DNA of 64,000 nt. It comes from Marinicella sp. (GTDB lineage Bacteria; Pseudomonadota; Gammaproteobacteria; Xanthomonadales; Marinicellaceae). The translations under genes were made by a program, and so were the position numbers. Location: the NCBI GenBank assembly GCA_965230295.1, contig OZ246001.1, forward strand, positions 2,720,001 to 2,784,000, given 5' to 3'. Shown here piece after piece: positions 34,323 through 46,156 of this stretch. The notes under the pieces were generated by a model. That model was not told where the DNA came from and ran no database searches. It saw only the letters and a program-made list of their open reading frames with translations. How positions within the stretch are numbered: the first letter of the stretch is position 1; each line of letters starts with the position of its first letter.

Positions 34323-34679
34323 ATGGCTCGTATTGCGGGTGTAAATATACCAGTGCATAAACATGCATGGATCGGCCTGACCAGTATTTATGGTATCGGC
34401 CGTACCAGAGCATATGAAATATGCGAAAGTGCAGGCGTTGATCCAGCTCACAAAGTGGGGCAATTGGATGAAGACGCTTTAGATAAGCTTCGTGCAGAAG
34501 TGGCAAAATTTGATGTTGAAGGTGACCTCCGTCGTGAAGTGGCTATGGACATCAAACGATTAATGGATTTAGGTTGTTATCGCGGTTTGCGTCACAGAAG
34601 GGGTTTACCTGTTCGTGGTCAAAAAACCAAAAATAACGCACGTACCAGAAAAGGTCCTAAAAAACCAATTAAACGTTAA
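34323..34679 (+). CDS. rpsM: 30S ribosomal protein S13
   Basis: [10 protein letters not shown] and GLPVRGQKT. Confidence 0.99.
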   Translation: MARIAGVNIPVHKHAWIGLTSIYGIGRTRAYEICESAGVDPAHKVGQLDEDALDKLRAEVAKFDVEGDLRREVAMDIKRLMDLGCYRGLRHRRGLPVRGQKTKNNARTRKGPKKPIKR

Positions 34680-34724
34680 TTGATCCATTGAATATCAATA
34701 GCGATATCAGATTAGAGAATTGTA

Positions 34725-35111
34725 ATGGCAAGACCACAAAAAACTAAAAAGAAAATTAAAAGAACTGTTGTTGACGGCATCGCGCATGTACACGCGTCTT
34801 TCAACAATACCATCATCACGATCACTGACAGACAAGGTAATGGTTTGTCGTGGGCAACGGCTGGTGGGTCTGGATTTAGAGGTTCAAGAAAAAGTACCCC
34901 ATTTGCTGCACAGGTAGCTGCTGACAGAGCAGGCCAAGTGGCTAAGGAATATGGTATGAAAAACATTGAAGTTCGAATTAAAGGTCCAGGTCCAGGCAGA
35001 GAATCATCTGTAAGAGCATTAAACGCCTTAGGTTTTCGTGTAACAAACATCATTGATATTACACCAATTCCTCACAATGGTTGTAGACCACCGAAAAGAC
35101 GTAGGGTGTAA
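34725..35111 (+). CDS. rpsK: 30S ribosomal protein S11
   Basis: HASFNNTI and [13 protein letters not shown]. Confidence 0.99.
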   Translation: MARPQKTKKKIKRTVVDGIAHVHASFNNTIITITDRQGNGLSWATAGGSGFRGSRKSTPFAAQVAADRAGQVAKEYGMKNIEVRIKGPGPGRESSVRALNALGFRVTNIIDITPIPHNGCRPPKRRRV

Positions 35112-35122
35112 GGAGATATAAA

Positions 35123-35752
35123 ATGGCAAGATATTTAGGTCCAAAATGTAAATTGGCACGTCGTGAAGGCGTCGATTTAATGACTAAAAGCCCTGCTCGT
35201 GCGATGGAGACCAAGTGTAAGCTTGACGTGGCCCCAGGTCAGCACGGTTTAGCCGGCAAAAGAAACAAACCTTCTGACTATGCTTTACAGTTACGCGAAA
35301 AACAAAAAGTTCGCAGAACGTATGGTGTATTAGAAAAACAATTTGTTAACTATTACAAAAAAGCGGCCAAACAAAAAGGTGCAACCGGTGAAAACTTGTT
35401 GAAACTTTTGGAATCACGTTTAGACAACGTGGTTTACCGCATGGGTTTCGCTGTCACCAGAAATGAAGCACGCCAATTGGTGAGCCACAAATCTATTTTG
35501 GTTAATGGCAGTGTCTGTAACATCCCTTCATACCAGGTTAAAGCGGGTGACGAAGTGGAAGTTCGTGAAAAATCTAAAAAACAATTGCGTATCAAGCAAG
35601 CATTAGAGCTGTGGGGCGAAATGAACTTATTCGCCGATTGGGTTACTGTAGACGCAGGCAAAATGACTGGACAGTTTAAATCTGTACCAAATCGTGATGA
35701 CTTACCTGCCGACATCAATGAAAACTTGATTGTTGAGCTTTACTCTAAATAA
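35123..35752 (+). CDS. rpsD: 30S ribosomal protein S4
   Basis: [10 protein letters not shown] and [13 protein letters not shown]. Confidence 0.99.
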   Translation: MARYLGPKCKLARREGVDLMTKSPARAMETKCKLDVAPGQHGLAGKRNKPSDYALQLREKQKVRRTYGVLEKQFVNYYKKAAKQKGATGENLLKLLESRLDNVVYRMGFAVTRNEARQLVSHKSILVNGSVCNIPSYQVKAGDEVEVREKSKKQLRIKQALELWGEMNLFADWVTVDAGKMTGQFKSVPNRDDLPADINENLIVELYSK

Positions 35753-35778
35753 TAACCCTTAAGCAGAGAGATATAACT

Positions 35779-36774
35779 ATGTCTGATATATTAGCTAAAT
35801 TACTTCGCCCACGTGTGGTAGAAGTAGATGAACGCTCTGATTACAGCGCTAAAATAATCATCGAACCTTTGGAAAGAGGTTTTGGACATACTTTGGGTAA
35901 TGCATTCCGCAGAATTTTGCTGTCTTCAATTCCAGGGTGTGCCATCACTGAGGTCAACATCGATGGTGTACAACATGAGTTCTCTACCTTGGAAGGGGTC
36001 AGAGAAGATGTGGTTGAAATTTTATTGAACTTGAAAACTTTGTCTTTCATCATGCCAGATCGTGATGAAGCTGAAATTTCAATCAACGCCACTGGTGGAA
36101 CCGTTACGGCAGCTGACATTCAATTACCAGAAGGTGTTGAAGTGGCCAATCCTGAGCAAGTGATTTGTAACTTAGATAAAAAAGCTTCAATCACCATGCG
36201 CATGACTGTTGAAAAAGGTGTGGGCTATGAGCCTTCAACCGCTCGCATGAATACTGAGGAGTCACGGCCCATTGGACAATTGGTATTGGATGCCAGTTTT
36301 TGTCCGGTTAAACGTGTGGCTTACGATGTTGAAAATGCGCGTTTGCACCAAAAAACCAACCTGGACAAATTGATTCTGGATATTGATACCGATGGTTCAA
36401 TCTCAGCTGAGGATGCGGTTCGTACAGCGGCTCGTATTTTGGTCGAGCAAATGGCCATCTTCATTGACTTCAAGATCGAAACCACGGTTGAAGAAAAAGA
36501 AGAAGTAGAAAAATTAAACCCTATTTTATTGAAACCAATTGATGAATTAGAACTGACTGTTCGTTCAGCCAACTGCTTGAAAGCAGAAAACATTCAATAC
36601 ATAGGTGATTTGATTCAAAGAACTGAAGTTGAGTTATTGAAGACTCCTAACTTAGGTAAGAAATCATTGAATGAAATCAAAGGTGTACTTTCAGAGATGG
36701 GATTGACTCTGGGTGTGCGTTTAGAAAATTGGCCTCCAGCAGCGATCAGAACTGCTGAGCGTCTTATCGGATAA
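35779..36774 (+). CDS. rpoA: RNA polymerase alpha subunit
   Basis: [13 protein letters not shown] and [10 protein letters not shown]. Confidence 0.99.
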   Translation: MSDILAKLLRPRVVEVDERSDYSAKIIIEPLERGFGHTLGNAFRRILLSSIPGCAITEVNIDGVQHEFSTLEGVREDVVEILLNLKTLSFIMPDRDEAEISINATGGTVTAADIQLPEGVEVANPEQVICNLDKKASITMRMTVEKGVGYEPSTARMNTEESRPIGQLVLDASFCPVKRVAYDVENARLHQKTNLDKLILDIDTDGSISAEDAVRTAARILVEQMAIFIDFKIETTVEEKEEVEKLNPILLKPIDELELTVRSANCLKAENIQYIGDLIQRTEVELLKTPNLGKKSLNEIKGVLSEMGLTLGVRLENWPPAAIRTAERLIG

Positions 36775-36785
36775 GGGGCAACATC

Positions 36786-37184
36786 ATGCGTCATAGAAAA
36801 TCAGGTAGAAAACTAAATAGAACTTCATCACACAGAAAAGCGATGTTTAAAAACATGGCAGCTTCTTTGTTTGAGCATGAGTTGATCAAAACCACTGTTC
36901 CTAAAGCAAAAGAACTGCGTAAAGTGGCTGAGAAATTAATCACTTTAGGTAAAGTTGATTCTGTTGCTAACAGAAGATTGGCCTTTGCTCGTTTAAGAAA
37001 CAAAGAAATCGTTAATAAGTTATTCACTGAATTGGGTCCTCGCTACCAAGAGCGCCCAGGTGGGTACTTACGAATTCTGAAATGCGGCTTCCGCACCGGT
37101 GACAATGCACCGATGGCTTTTGTTGAGTTGGTTGACCGACCCATCAAATCTGCTGTTGTAGAAGTGGCTGATGACAGCGAATAA
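36786..37184 (+). CDS. rplQ: 50S ribosomal protein L17
   Basis: [17 protein letters not shown]. Confidence 0.99.
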   Translation: MRHRKSGRKLNRTSSHRKAMFKNMAASLFEHELIKTTVPKAKELRKVAEKLITLGKVDSVANRRLAFARLRNKEIVNKLFTELGPRYQERPGGYLRILKCGFRTGDNAPMAFVELVDRPIKSAVVEVADDSE

Positions 37185-37204
37185 AAGCTGTTCATAAAGC
37201 AATC

Positions 37205-37234
37205 AAAAGCCCAGCTTATAGCTGGGTTTTTTTT
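37205..37234 (+). terminator. Rho-independent terminator of the alpha operon
   Basis: GCCCAGCT-TAT-AGCTGGGT followed by a long T run. Confidence 0.85.
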
Positions 37235-37340
37235 TGGATTTTTTTGATATTTAAATGGAATAAAGGGTGTATTGCACGGTCTATATTTGTTAATCTACGC
37301 CTCTACCCCTTAGAAAACAGGAAATATACAGTAAATACCC

Positions 37341-37859
37341 ATGATCACAGTGACAAAAAACCAGTTCAGATTGCTCACCCTTTTGCCTTTTATAACTTGT
37401 GCAGGCTTGTTGGCCTATGCCTTGTATGTAGAGCACGTGATGTTCTTGATGCCATGTAATTTGTGTATCTTACAGCGGGTGGTTTTCGTTGCCATTGGTG
37501 TGTTGTTTTTAATTGGTGCCTTTAAGCCCGTTCAAGGTTGGGGCAGGAAATTACTGGGATTGTTGCTGTTGGTTTCATCGGCAGCAGGCATTGCTTTGGC
37601 TGGAAGACATGTTTGGATGCAGGGCTTGCCGCCTGAGTTGGTTCCTGACTGTGGGCCCAGCTTACAAATGATGATGGAAAACTCATCTATTTGGAATGCC
37701 GTATCTTCGGTATTGTCGGCATCGGGTAACTGCGCTGACATTCAATGGGAATTCTGGGGTATGAGTATGCCCACTTGGACCTTGATTTGTTTCATAGGTC
37801 TGTTTATATACACCATCCTTTGGATGTTCATTAAAATCAGAAGTACATCAGAATCATGA
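37341..37859 (+). CDS. dsbB: Disulfide bond formation protein B
   Basis: PCNLCILQR motif, second Cys pair, four TM helices. Confidence 0.93.
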   Translation: MITVTKNQFRLLTLLPFITCAGLLAYALYVEHVMFLMPCNLCILQRVVFVAIGVLFLIGAFKPVQGWGRKLLGLLLLVSSAAGIALAGRHVWMQGLPPELVPDCGPSLQMMMENSSIWNAVSSVLSASGNCADIQWEFWGMSMPTWTLICFIGLFIYTILWMFIKIRSTSES

Positions 37860-39217
37860 AAACGTTAAAATCCGATCAACAACGAGAAAATTGGAGCTTA
37901 GAGAGCTGGAAAAACAAAGAAATCAGACAGCAAGCCACTTATCCTGATCAGACTCATTTGAATCAAGCTTTGAATAAGCTGTCCTCATTACCACCACTGG
38001 TCACATCTTGGGAAATCAAACGTTTAAAGAAGTATTTGGCCGAAGTTTCGCGAGGCGAACGATTTTTGGTTCAAGGCGGCGATTGTGCTGAAAGCTTTGC
38101 AGATTGTAATTCTTCTATCATTTCCAACCGCCTTAAGGTTTTGATCCAAATGAGTTTGGTGCTGATCCACGGGTGCCAAACGCCTGTTGTGAGGGTGGGG
38201 CGATTTGCTGGCCAATACGCCAAACCTCGATCGGCTGATCTAGAAACCCGTGATGGGGTGAGCTTACCTTCATTTCGTGGTGACATTGTCAATCAAAATG
38301 AATTCACTGAGGCTGCACGAGTTCCCAATCCGGATAAAATGCTGGAAGCTTATCACCATTCAGCCATGACCATGAATTTCATCCGTGCTTTGGTGGCCGG
38401 CGGTTTTGCTGACATCAGGCACCCAGAATACTGGGACATCGCTTGGGTGAAACATTCTAAGAATGCCGAAAAGTTTCATAATTTGGTCTCACAAATCAAA
38501 GAATCGGTTCAGTTTGCTGAAGTCTTGGTGGGGCGGAAAGTCAATAATTTATCCAGTGTTGAGTTTTTCTCAGCCCATGAGGCCCTGCATTTACATTATG
38601 AGCAGGCCCTGACGCGCACTGTGCCAAGACAGGACGGTTACTTTAACCTGAGCGCACATTTCCCTTGGATTGGCCTCAGAACCAACCAAATTGACAGTGC
38701 CCATGTTGAATTGTTACGTGGGATTGAAAATCCAGTGGGCGTTAAGATTGGTACTGAAACCGATGATGATCATTTGATTGATTTATGTCGTACCCTGAAT
38801 CCCAATAATGAAGCCGGTAAATTGACTTTGATCCACCGATTTGGCGCAAAAAACATTGAGTCCAACTTACCCCGTTTGATCGCAACGGCCAAGAAAGCCG
38901 ATCTGGATGTGGTCTGGTGTGCCGATCCAATGCATGGCAACACCGAAGCCACTTCCAATGGGTATAAAACCCGTCGCTTTGAAAACATCAGCAAAGAAAT
39001 TGAGTTGGCATTCAAAGTACACAAAGCGAATGGGTCTCATTTAGGCGGTGTTCACTTGGAGCTGACTGGTGAAAATGTAACCGAGTGTCTTGGCGGCGCT
39101 AGATCATTACAAGAAGCTGATTTGAGCAAAGCCTACACCACGCAAGTCGATCCACGTTTGAACTATGAGCAGGCGCTGGAATTGGCGTTTTCTATTAAGG
39201 ATTTTTATCATCAGTAA
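37856..39217 (+). CDS. Class II DAHP synthase (3-deoxy-7-phosphoheptulonate synthase)
   Basis: QGGDCAESF, GRFAGQYAKPRS, DPMHGNT, DPRLN motifs. Confidence 0.95.
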   Translation: MKTLKSDQQRENWSLESWKNKEIRQQATYPDQTHLNQALNKLSSLPPLVTSWEIKRLKKYLAEVSRGERFLVQGGDCAESFADCNSSIISNRLKVLIQMSLVLIHGCQTPVVRVGRFAGQYAKPRSADLETRDGVSLPSFRGDIVNQNEFTEAARVPNPDKMLEAYHHSAMTMNFIRALVAGGFADIRHPEYWDIAWVKHSKNAEKFHNLVSQIKESVQFAEVLVGRKVNNLSSVEFFSAHEALHLHYEQALTRTVPRQDGYFNLSAHFPWIGLRTNQIDSAHVELLRGIENPVGVKIGTETDDDHLIDLCRTLNPNNEAGKLTLIHRFGAKNIESNLPRLIATAKKADLDVVWCADPMHGNTEATSNGYKTRRFENISKEIELAFKVHKANGSHLGGVHLELTGENVTECLGGARSLQEADLSKAYTTQVDPRLNYEQALELAFSIKDFYHQ

Positions 39218-39239
39218 AGTGTGAGCGCTTTGTAATATG

Positions 39240-39267
39240 AAAAGCCATGCCGATGCATGGCTTTTTT
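39240..39267 (+). terminator. Rho-independent terminator
   Basis: AAAAGCCATGC-CGAT-GCATGGCTTTTTT. Confidence 0.85.
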
Positions 39268-39304
39268 GTTATTGTGATTCAATAAACATGTTTTAGAACT
39301 CGTT

Positions 39305-39988
39305 ATGATAGGTAAATGTAAACTATGCCAAGAAGAAACTAATTTACAAAAATCTCATATCATGCCTGAGTTTGTTTTTAGGCCAATGTATGACGATATT
39401 GGTAGGGCAATTGCATTTAATCCATCAGCTGATGAAAAAGGATACATACAAAATGGACCAAAAGAATATATGCTATGCAGGAATTGTGAAGAAATAATTA
39501 ATATCAATGAAACTTACGCGTCAAAACTGTTTAAATCAAAATTTCGTTCCGTCCAGTCATTAAAAATAGCTAACAAATATAGAGTCTCAGGTATTAATTA
39601 CAAAAAGTTAAAATTGTTTTCCATGTCAATTCTTTGGAGAGCAAGTGTATCAAGCCATAGGATGTTTAAATTTGTAAATTGCGGTGAAAAACATAATGAA
39701 ATTCTAAGAAGTAGATTGATAATGAGTGACCCCATGGACGAGAGTGATTATAAATTTATTATCCAACCATTCATTACAGGTGATGGGGATGAAGAGAAAG
39801 TGGTATTTCAACCCATATCTTATAGATTGCAAGGTGCAAAGTGTTATAGGTTTGTTTTTTTGGGGATGTTTTGGTATTGCTTAGTGATTAGCCATAGAAT
39901 CAATGCTCCTAAAGAAATTTTTCTCTCTGAAAGCGGAGAAATAACGATAGTTCCAATTTCAATTGATGTCAGAACTTTGTTTTCATAG
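39305..39988 (+). CDS. AT-rich HNH/His-Me-finger-like protein (putative nuclease)
   Basis: CKLC-x8-SHIMP...LCRNCE pattern; uncharacterised C-terminal domain. Confidence 0.6.
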   Translation: MIGKCKLCQEETNLQKSHIMPEFVFRPMYDDIGRAIAFNPSADEKGYIQNGPKEYMLCRNCEEIININETYASKLFKSKFRSVQSLKIANKYRVSGINYKKLKLFSMSILWRASVSSHRMFKFVNCGEKHNEILRSRLIMSDPMDESDYKFIIQPFITGDGDEEKVVFQPISYRLQGAKCYRFVFLGMFWYCLVISHRINAPKEIFLSESGEITIVPISIDVRTLFS

Positions 39989-40000
39989 AGGTTTAAAAAA

Positions 40001-40312
40001 TGGATCCCCGGGTCAAGCCCGAGGATGACGATAGAAAAGGTTTAAGTGAAAATTTATCCTAATCGAATTACCGGCGGAAGCCGGTATCCAGTGCCTTTTT
40101 GATGATGGTTGATGTTTCTGATTTAATAAAGGTAATCATGTTACCTATACAGATTCAGAGAGACGCTAGATCCCGGCATTCGCCGGGACGACGGTGTTTT
40201 TATGAATCCCAGATGCTGAAGGAGATCCCTTGGTTGCGGTCGGGATGACGGTATTGAGTAAATGGGATTGCTTTAGGAGGTCCTTCGACTCGTTCCACTC
40301 GCTCAGGATGAC
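40001..40312. repeat. Cluster of REP-like palindromes (GGATGAC-type ends)
   Basis: Five hairpin units: 40001-40030, 40065-40099, 40161-40195, ~40207-40251, 40277-40312. Confidence 0.75.
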
Positions 40313-40377
40313 AATTGGCTATTGATCATTGTTGGTTCGATTTGTAACATACCCTTTTTAATTGAATACTTTGTGTC

Positions 40378-41238
40378 ATGGCCAAGCAACAAATCATCCT
40401 TAAACTCAGTTGTCAGGACCAAATCGGGGTGGTGGCGACGGTGTCCAACCATTTTGCTGATAACCGGTTCAACATCATAGAGTCTTCGCAATTTGAAGAT
40501 CCACACACCAATCTGTTCTTCATGCGTACTGTGTTGGAAAATGCCGGGGGTGCAGTGGAATTACAGACCATTCGAAACACATTTACACCCGTGGCAGACA
40601 GCTTATCTATGCGTTGGCAAATTCATGATCGTCACTACAAACCCAAAGTTCTGATCGCAGTTTCCAATTGGGGACATTGTTTGAATGCCATGCTCAATGC
40701 CTGGCGCAATGAAAGTCTGCCAATCGATGTGGTTGGTGTGGTTTCCAATCATCGCATCATGGAAAAAATGGCTGACTGGTATGGCTTGCCTTATCATTAT
40801 CTACCCATTGAGCCAGGTCAAAAAGCCGCACAAGAGTCACAAATCCTGAAAGTCTATCAAGAGAGTGAGGCTGATTTATTGGTTCTGGCGCGGTATATGC
40901 AAATCCTGTCTGCTGAAATGTGCGATCAACTGTCCGGACGCATCATCAACATTCACCATTCTTTCCTGCCTGGCTTCGTGGGTGCCAAACCTTATCACCA
41001 GGCGTTTCACCGTGGGGTCAAGCAAATTGGTGCCACAGCCCATTATGTGACGGCAGATTTGGATGAAGGCCCCATCATTGAACAAGCTGTTGAGCGAGTC
41101 TCACATGCCAACTCCCCTGAAGAATTAACCAACATTGGTCGTGATATCGAAGCCATGGTGCTCAACCGGGCTGTCAAATGGCATGCAGAGCATCGGGTTT
41201 TGATCAATGGGGTCAGAACCGTGGTGTTTAACCGATAA
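40378..41238 (+). CDS. purU: Formyltetrahydrofolate deformylase
   Basis: ACT domain; LARYMQILS, INIHHSFLP, GATAHYVTADLDEGPIIEQ. Confidence 0.97.
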   Translation: MAKQQIILKLSCQDQIGVVATVSNHFADNRFNIIESSQFEDPHTNLFFMRTVLENAGGAVELQTIRNTFTPVADSLSMRWQIHDRHYKPKVLIAVSNWGHCLNAMLNAWRNESLPIDVVGVVSNHRIMEKMADWYGLPYHYLPIEPGQKAAQESQILKVYQESEADLLVLARYMQILSAEMCDQLSGRIINIHHSFLPGFVGAKPYHQAFHRGVKQIGATAHYVTADLDEGPIIEQAVERVSHANSPEELTNIGRDIEAMVLNRAVKWHAEHRVLINGVRTVVFNR

Positions 41239-41376
41239 TTGTTGGATTTAATATTTTATTGAGGTAATGAAAATTCGTGCTAAAAAGAGTCTTAAATGCT
41301 CAAGGAGCCCTTGCCATTATTATGAATGGCAAGAACCACCTTTTATCAAGCTTGGGATAATAGGTAAAAGTAGGGT

Positions 41377-41664
41377 TTAAATGCCACAACCCACCATGCA
41401 AATTTCAAAATCCCATTCACAAGCCCTCACTTGAGCAGGCCCTTGCGCAACAGCAAGACATGCCGAGTATGCATTGAGACAATCTATTACGCATTGATTC
41501 GACTTATTTTGATCGCCTTTAAGCTTGTTCAAAATAGGTGATGGTGCTGCTGACTTATTGAACACGGCGTGACTGAATGTGTCTGGTTGAACTTGAGATT
41601 CTCTGTCAATTGCCTGTGCCGATAATGTTGGCAAAGCCAATAAAAATACCCATAAAAATTTCAT
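41377..41664 (-). CDS. Small secreted Cys-rich peptide precursor
   Basis: AGGAG RBS, Sec signal peptide (AQA), six Cys in the C-terminal 38 aa. Confidence 0.8.
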   Translation of the reverse strand: MKFLWVFLLALPTLSAQAIDRESQVQPDTFSHAVFNKSAAPSPILNKLKGDQNKSNQCVIDCLNAYSACLAVAQGPAQVRACEWDFEICMVGCGI

Positions 41665-42137
41665 AATGTTTACTCCTAGATATAGTTAGCCTTCCTTAGA
41701 AAATACTCCATTCTTAAATCAGCCATTGCTGGCTTACAGATACTATATGCGACATCGGTGTAAAAAAATATTATAAAAATGTTATTAAATGGTTTATATT
41801 AAAATACAAAATAGTATATAAATTATTGATTTGTTCCTTCTGAAATTCATCAGTTTTGTGGACAATGTCAATAGCTGATGAGGTTATATGGGGCCATGCA
41901 TCGTTGAGACAATGACATCTACAAAGGTGTTAACTGGTCAAGATGCGAATGTTGATTCATTGCTGTCGTTAACTTCAACCAAATTGATTGACTGTCATCT
42001 AGATATTGTATTTGTTGCTTGCGGGATCGGGTGATTAACATCAGTCATCTATCGGTGGACTGGCTTCCAGCCGTAGATTGTCTGTTTGGTTTTAAATTCC
42101 CAAAGACCTCATTGACTCGACCAGAATATGGATTGGA

Positions 42138-42434
42138 TTATTTTCTGTTGTTGAATTGATCCAGCTTTTCCTGACTGACTTCAGTTTGGTGTTTCTCTTT
42201 CCATTCTGAGTATTCCATTTTATAGACTTGGCGTTTGGCTTCATCAATGTCAAGTTCGACACCCAACTCGTTGGCTTCTGCCACCATCCATTTAGACAAA
42301 CAATTGCGGCAGAATTTTGCCAAAATCATCAGATCGATGTTTTGCACTTCTTTGTGGTTATCAAAATGATCAATCAAACGATCAAGGACACGGGCTTTGA
42401 TCAAGGTTTCATTATCCAGAGTTTCTTTGTTCAT
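42138..42434 (-). CDS. DUF1244 family protein
   Basis: VQNIDLMILAKFCRNCLSKW...YKMEYSEWKEKHQ signature. Confidence 0.85.
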   Translation of the reverse strand: MNKETLDNETLIKARVLDRLIDHFDNHKEVQNIDLMILAKFCRNCLSKWMVAEANELGVELDIDEAKRQVYKMEYSEWKEKHQTEVSQEKLDQFNNRK

Positions 42435-42617
42435 CAGTGGTTTGTCAGTTAAATCACTGATTTTAGCACCAATGGCCGAAGAAGAATATCTGCAGGCTGT
42501 TGGTTTTTACGAGGTATAATGGCGAACGTTATTTGTTACCCACTTACTGATGATGGTGTTTTCAATTATTAAACTTTGCCCGAGCCAACTTCATGAATTG
42601 AATGGAGCCATTGTTCA

Positions 42618-43733
42618 ATGAATTTAGTTAATAACATCCAATTCCTCAGAGCCATAGCTGCTCTGATGGTGGTGATGTTTCATATATACCCTTATACAGC
42701 TAACCAAGAAACATGGATCGCTCCATTGACTGATTTTTTTATGCAAGTTGGTTATGCGGGTGTGGATGTGTTTTTCGTGATCAGTGGTTATGTGATGTGG
42801 CTGTCAACACAATACAAAGAAAACGTATCAGTTGGTGGTTTCGTGTATAACAGGCTCACACGCATTTATTTGGGTTATTGGCCTTATTTCTTCATTATTT
42901 TGGGTTTGGTGTATTATTTGGCACCAGCTAAATTGGCAGATGTGGATTTAATCGGATCATTCTTTTTGAGCCAAGTAGGGATTCATAAACTGTTGTTACA
43001 AGTGGCTTGGACCTTGACCTATGAGTTGTATTTTTATGCTTGGTTTACCGTTCTGTTGTTGTTGCCAAGAAAGTGGTTGCTTAAGGCAATTATCGCATTG
43101 TTTGTTTTGATTGTTGGTATTCAGGCTTACCACATCGCGGTGAATGACATGTACGCCATAGAGCGTTTTCCATATAATCCGTTTTACCTGATGTTTTTAA
43201 CTTCACCTTTTTGTCTCGAGTTTTTGGCAGGTTGTATGATCGCCAGTTACTTTCAGCATCACCGCATTCAAAACATCAAATATTGGGTTGTTGCTGCCCT
43301 GTTAATCTTTGTGTCAGGCTACTACTATCAGCACACCAAAATAATGCCCACTGGATTGTTGTCACAAGGTTATTACTTACCTGAACGGGTGATGTTCTGG
43401 GGCAGTGTCTCTGTCATTGTGGTAGCGGTGCTGGTGGAGCTTAATCTTCGTGGTGTGTTGCTGTGGAGGCGGGCCGCAAAAACATTGGGTGGTGCATCTT
43501 ATAGCATTTATTTGTCACATATCCCCTTGCTGTTTTTGTTGAGCCATTCAGGTGTGTTGGATTTCTTCAAAGAAAGGACAGCTGGAGTGCCTTTGATCAT
43601 ACTGTTGGTCTTGTTGGTTGTTTTGGTATACAGCGTGATTCACTACTTACTGATTGAAAAACCGTTGATTGTAATGGCCAAACGGTTATGGAGCCGCTTA
43701 GTTAAGGCCAATCAATCGACAGCTAAAACGTGA
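42618..43733 (+). CDS. Acyltransferase family 3 membrane protein (ExoZ/OafA-like)
   Basis: IQFLRAIAALMVVMFH, GVDVFFVISGY, WTLTYELYFY, SYSIYLSH. Confidence 0.9.
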   Translation: MNLVNNIQFLRAIAALMVVMFHIYPYTANQETWIAPLTDFFMQVGYAGVDVFFVISGYVMWLSTQYKENVSVGGFVYNRLTRIYLGYWPYFFIILGLVYYLAPAKLADVDLIGSFFLSQVGIHKLLLQVAWTLTYELYFYAWFTVLLLLPRKWLLKAIIALFVLIVGIQAYHIAVNDMYAIERFPYNPFYLMFLTSPFCLEFLAGCMIASYFQHHRIQNIKYWVVAALLIFVSGYYYQHTKIMPTGLLSQGYYLPERVMFWGSVSVIVVAVLVELNLRGVLLWRRAAKTLGGASYSIYLSHIPLLFLLSHSGVLDFFKERTAGVPLIILLVLLVVLVYSVIHYLLIEKPLIVMAKRLWSRLVKANQSTAKT

Positions 43734-43874
43734 ATCATTATTAATCAATAGCCGGTTTTATCACAATTTCAGCATCAATTAGATCCCTTGTTTGGAGGGT
43801 CTTTGATTATTGACTTTTGTTGTCGATAAAAGTGAATGTGAACGCAGTGAGCAAGTCACTGTGTAGGCATTGCT

Positions 43875-46156
<2,282 letters not shown>

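Noticed and set aside
41830-42130. Possible small gene or REP (GGTGGACTGGCTTCCAGCCGTAG) in the intergenic gap
   Set aside because: The minus-strand frames I translated gave only short ORFs without an RBS or motif; the hairpin is single-copy in the window.
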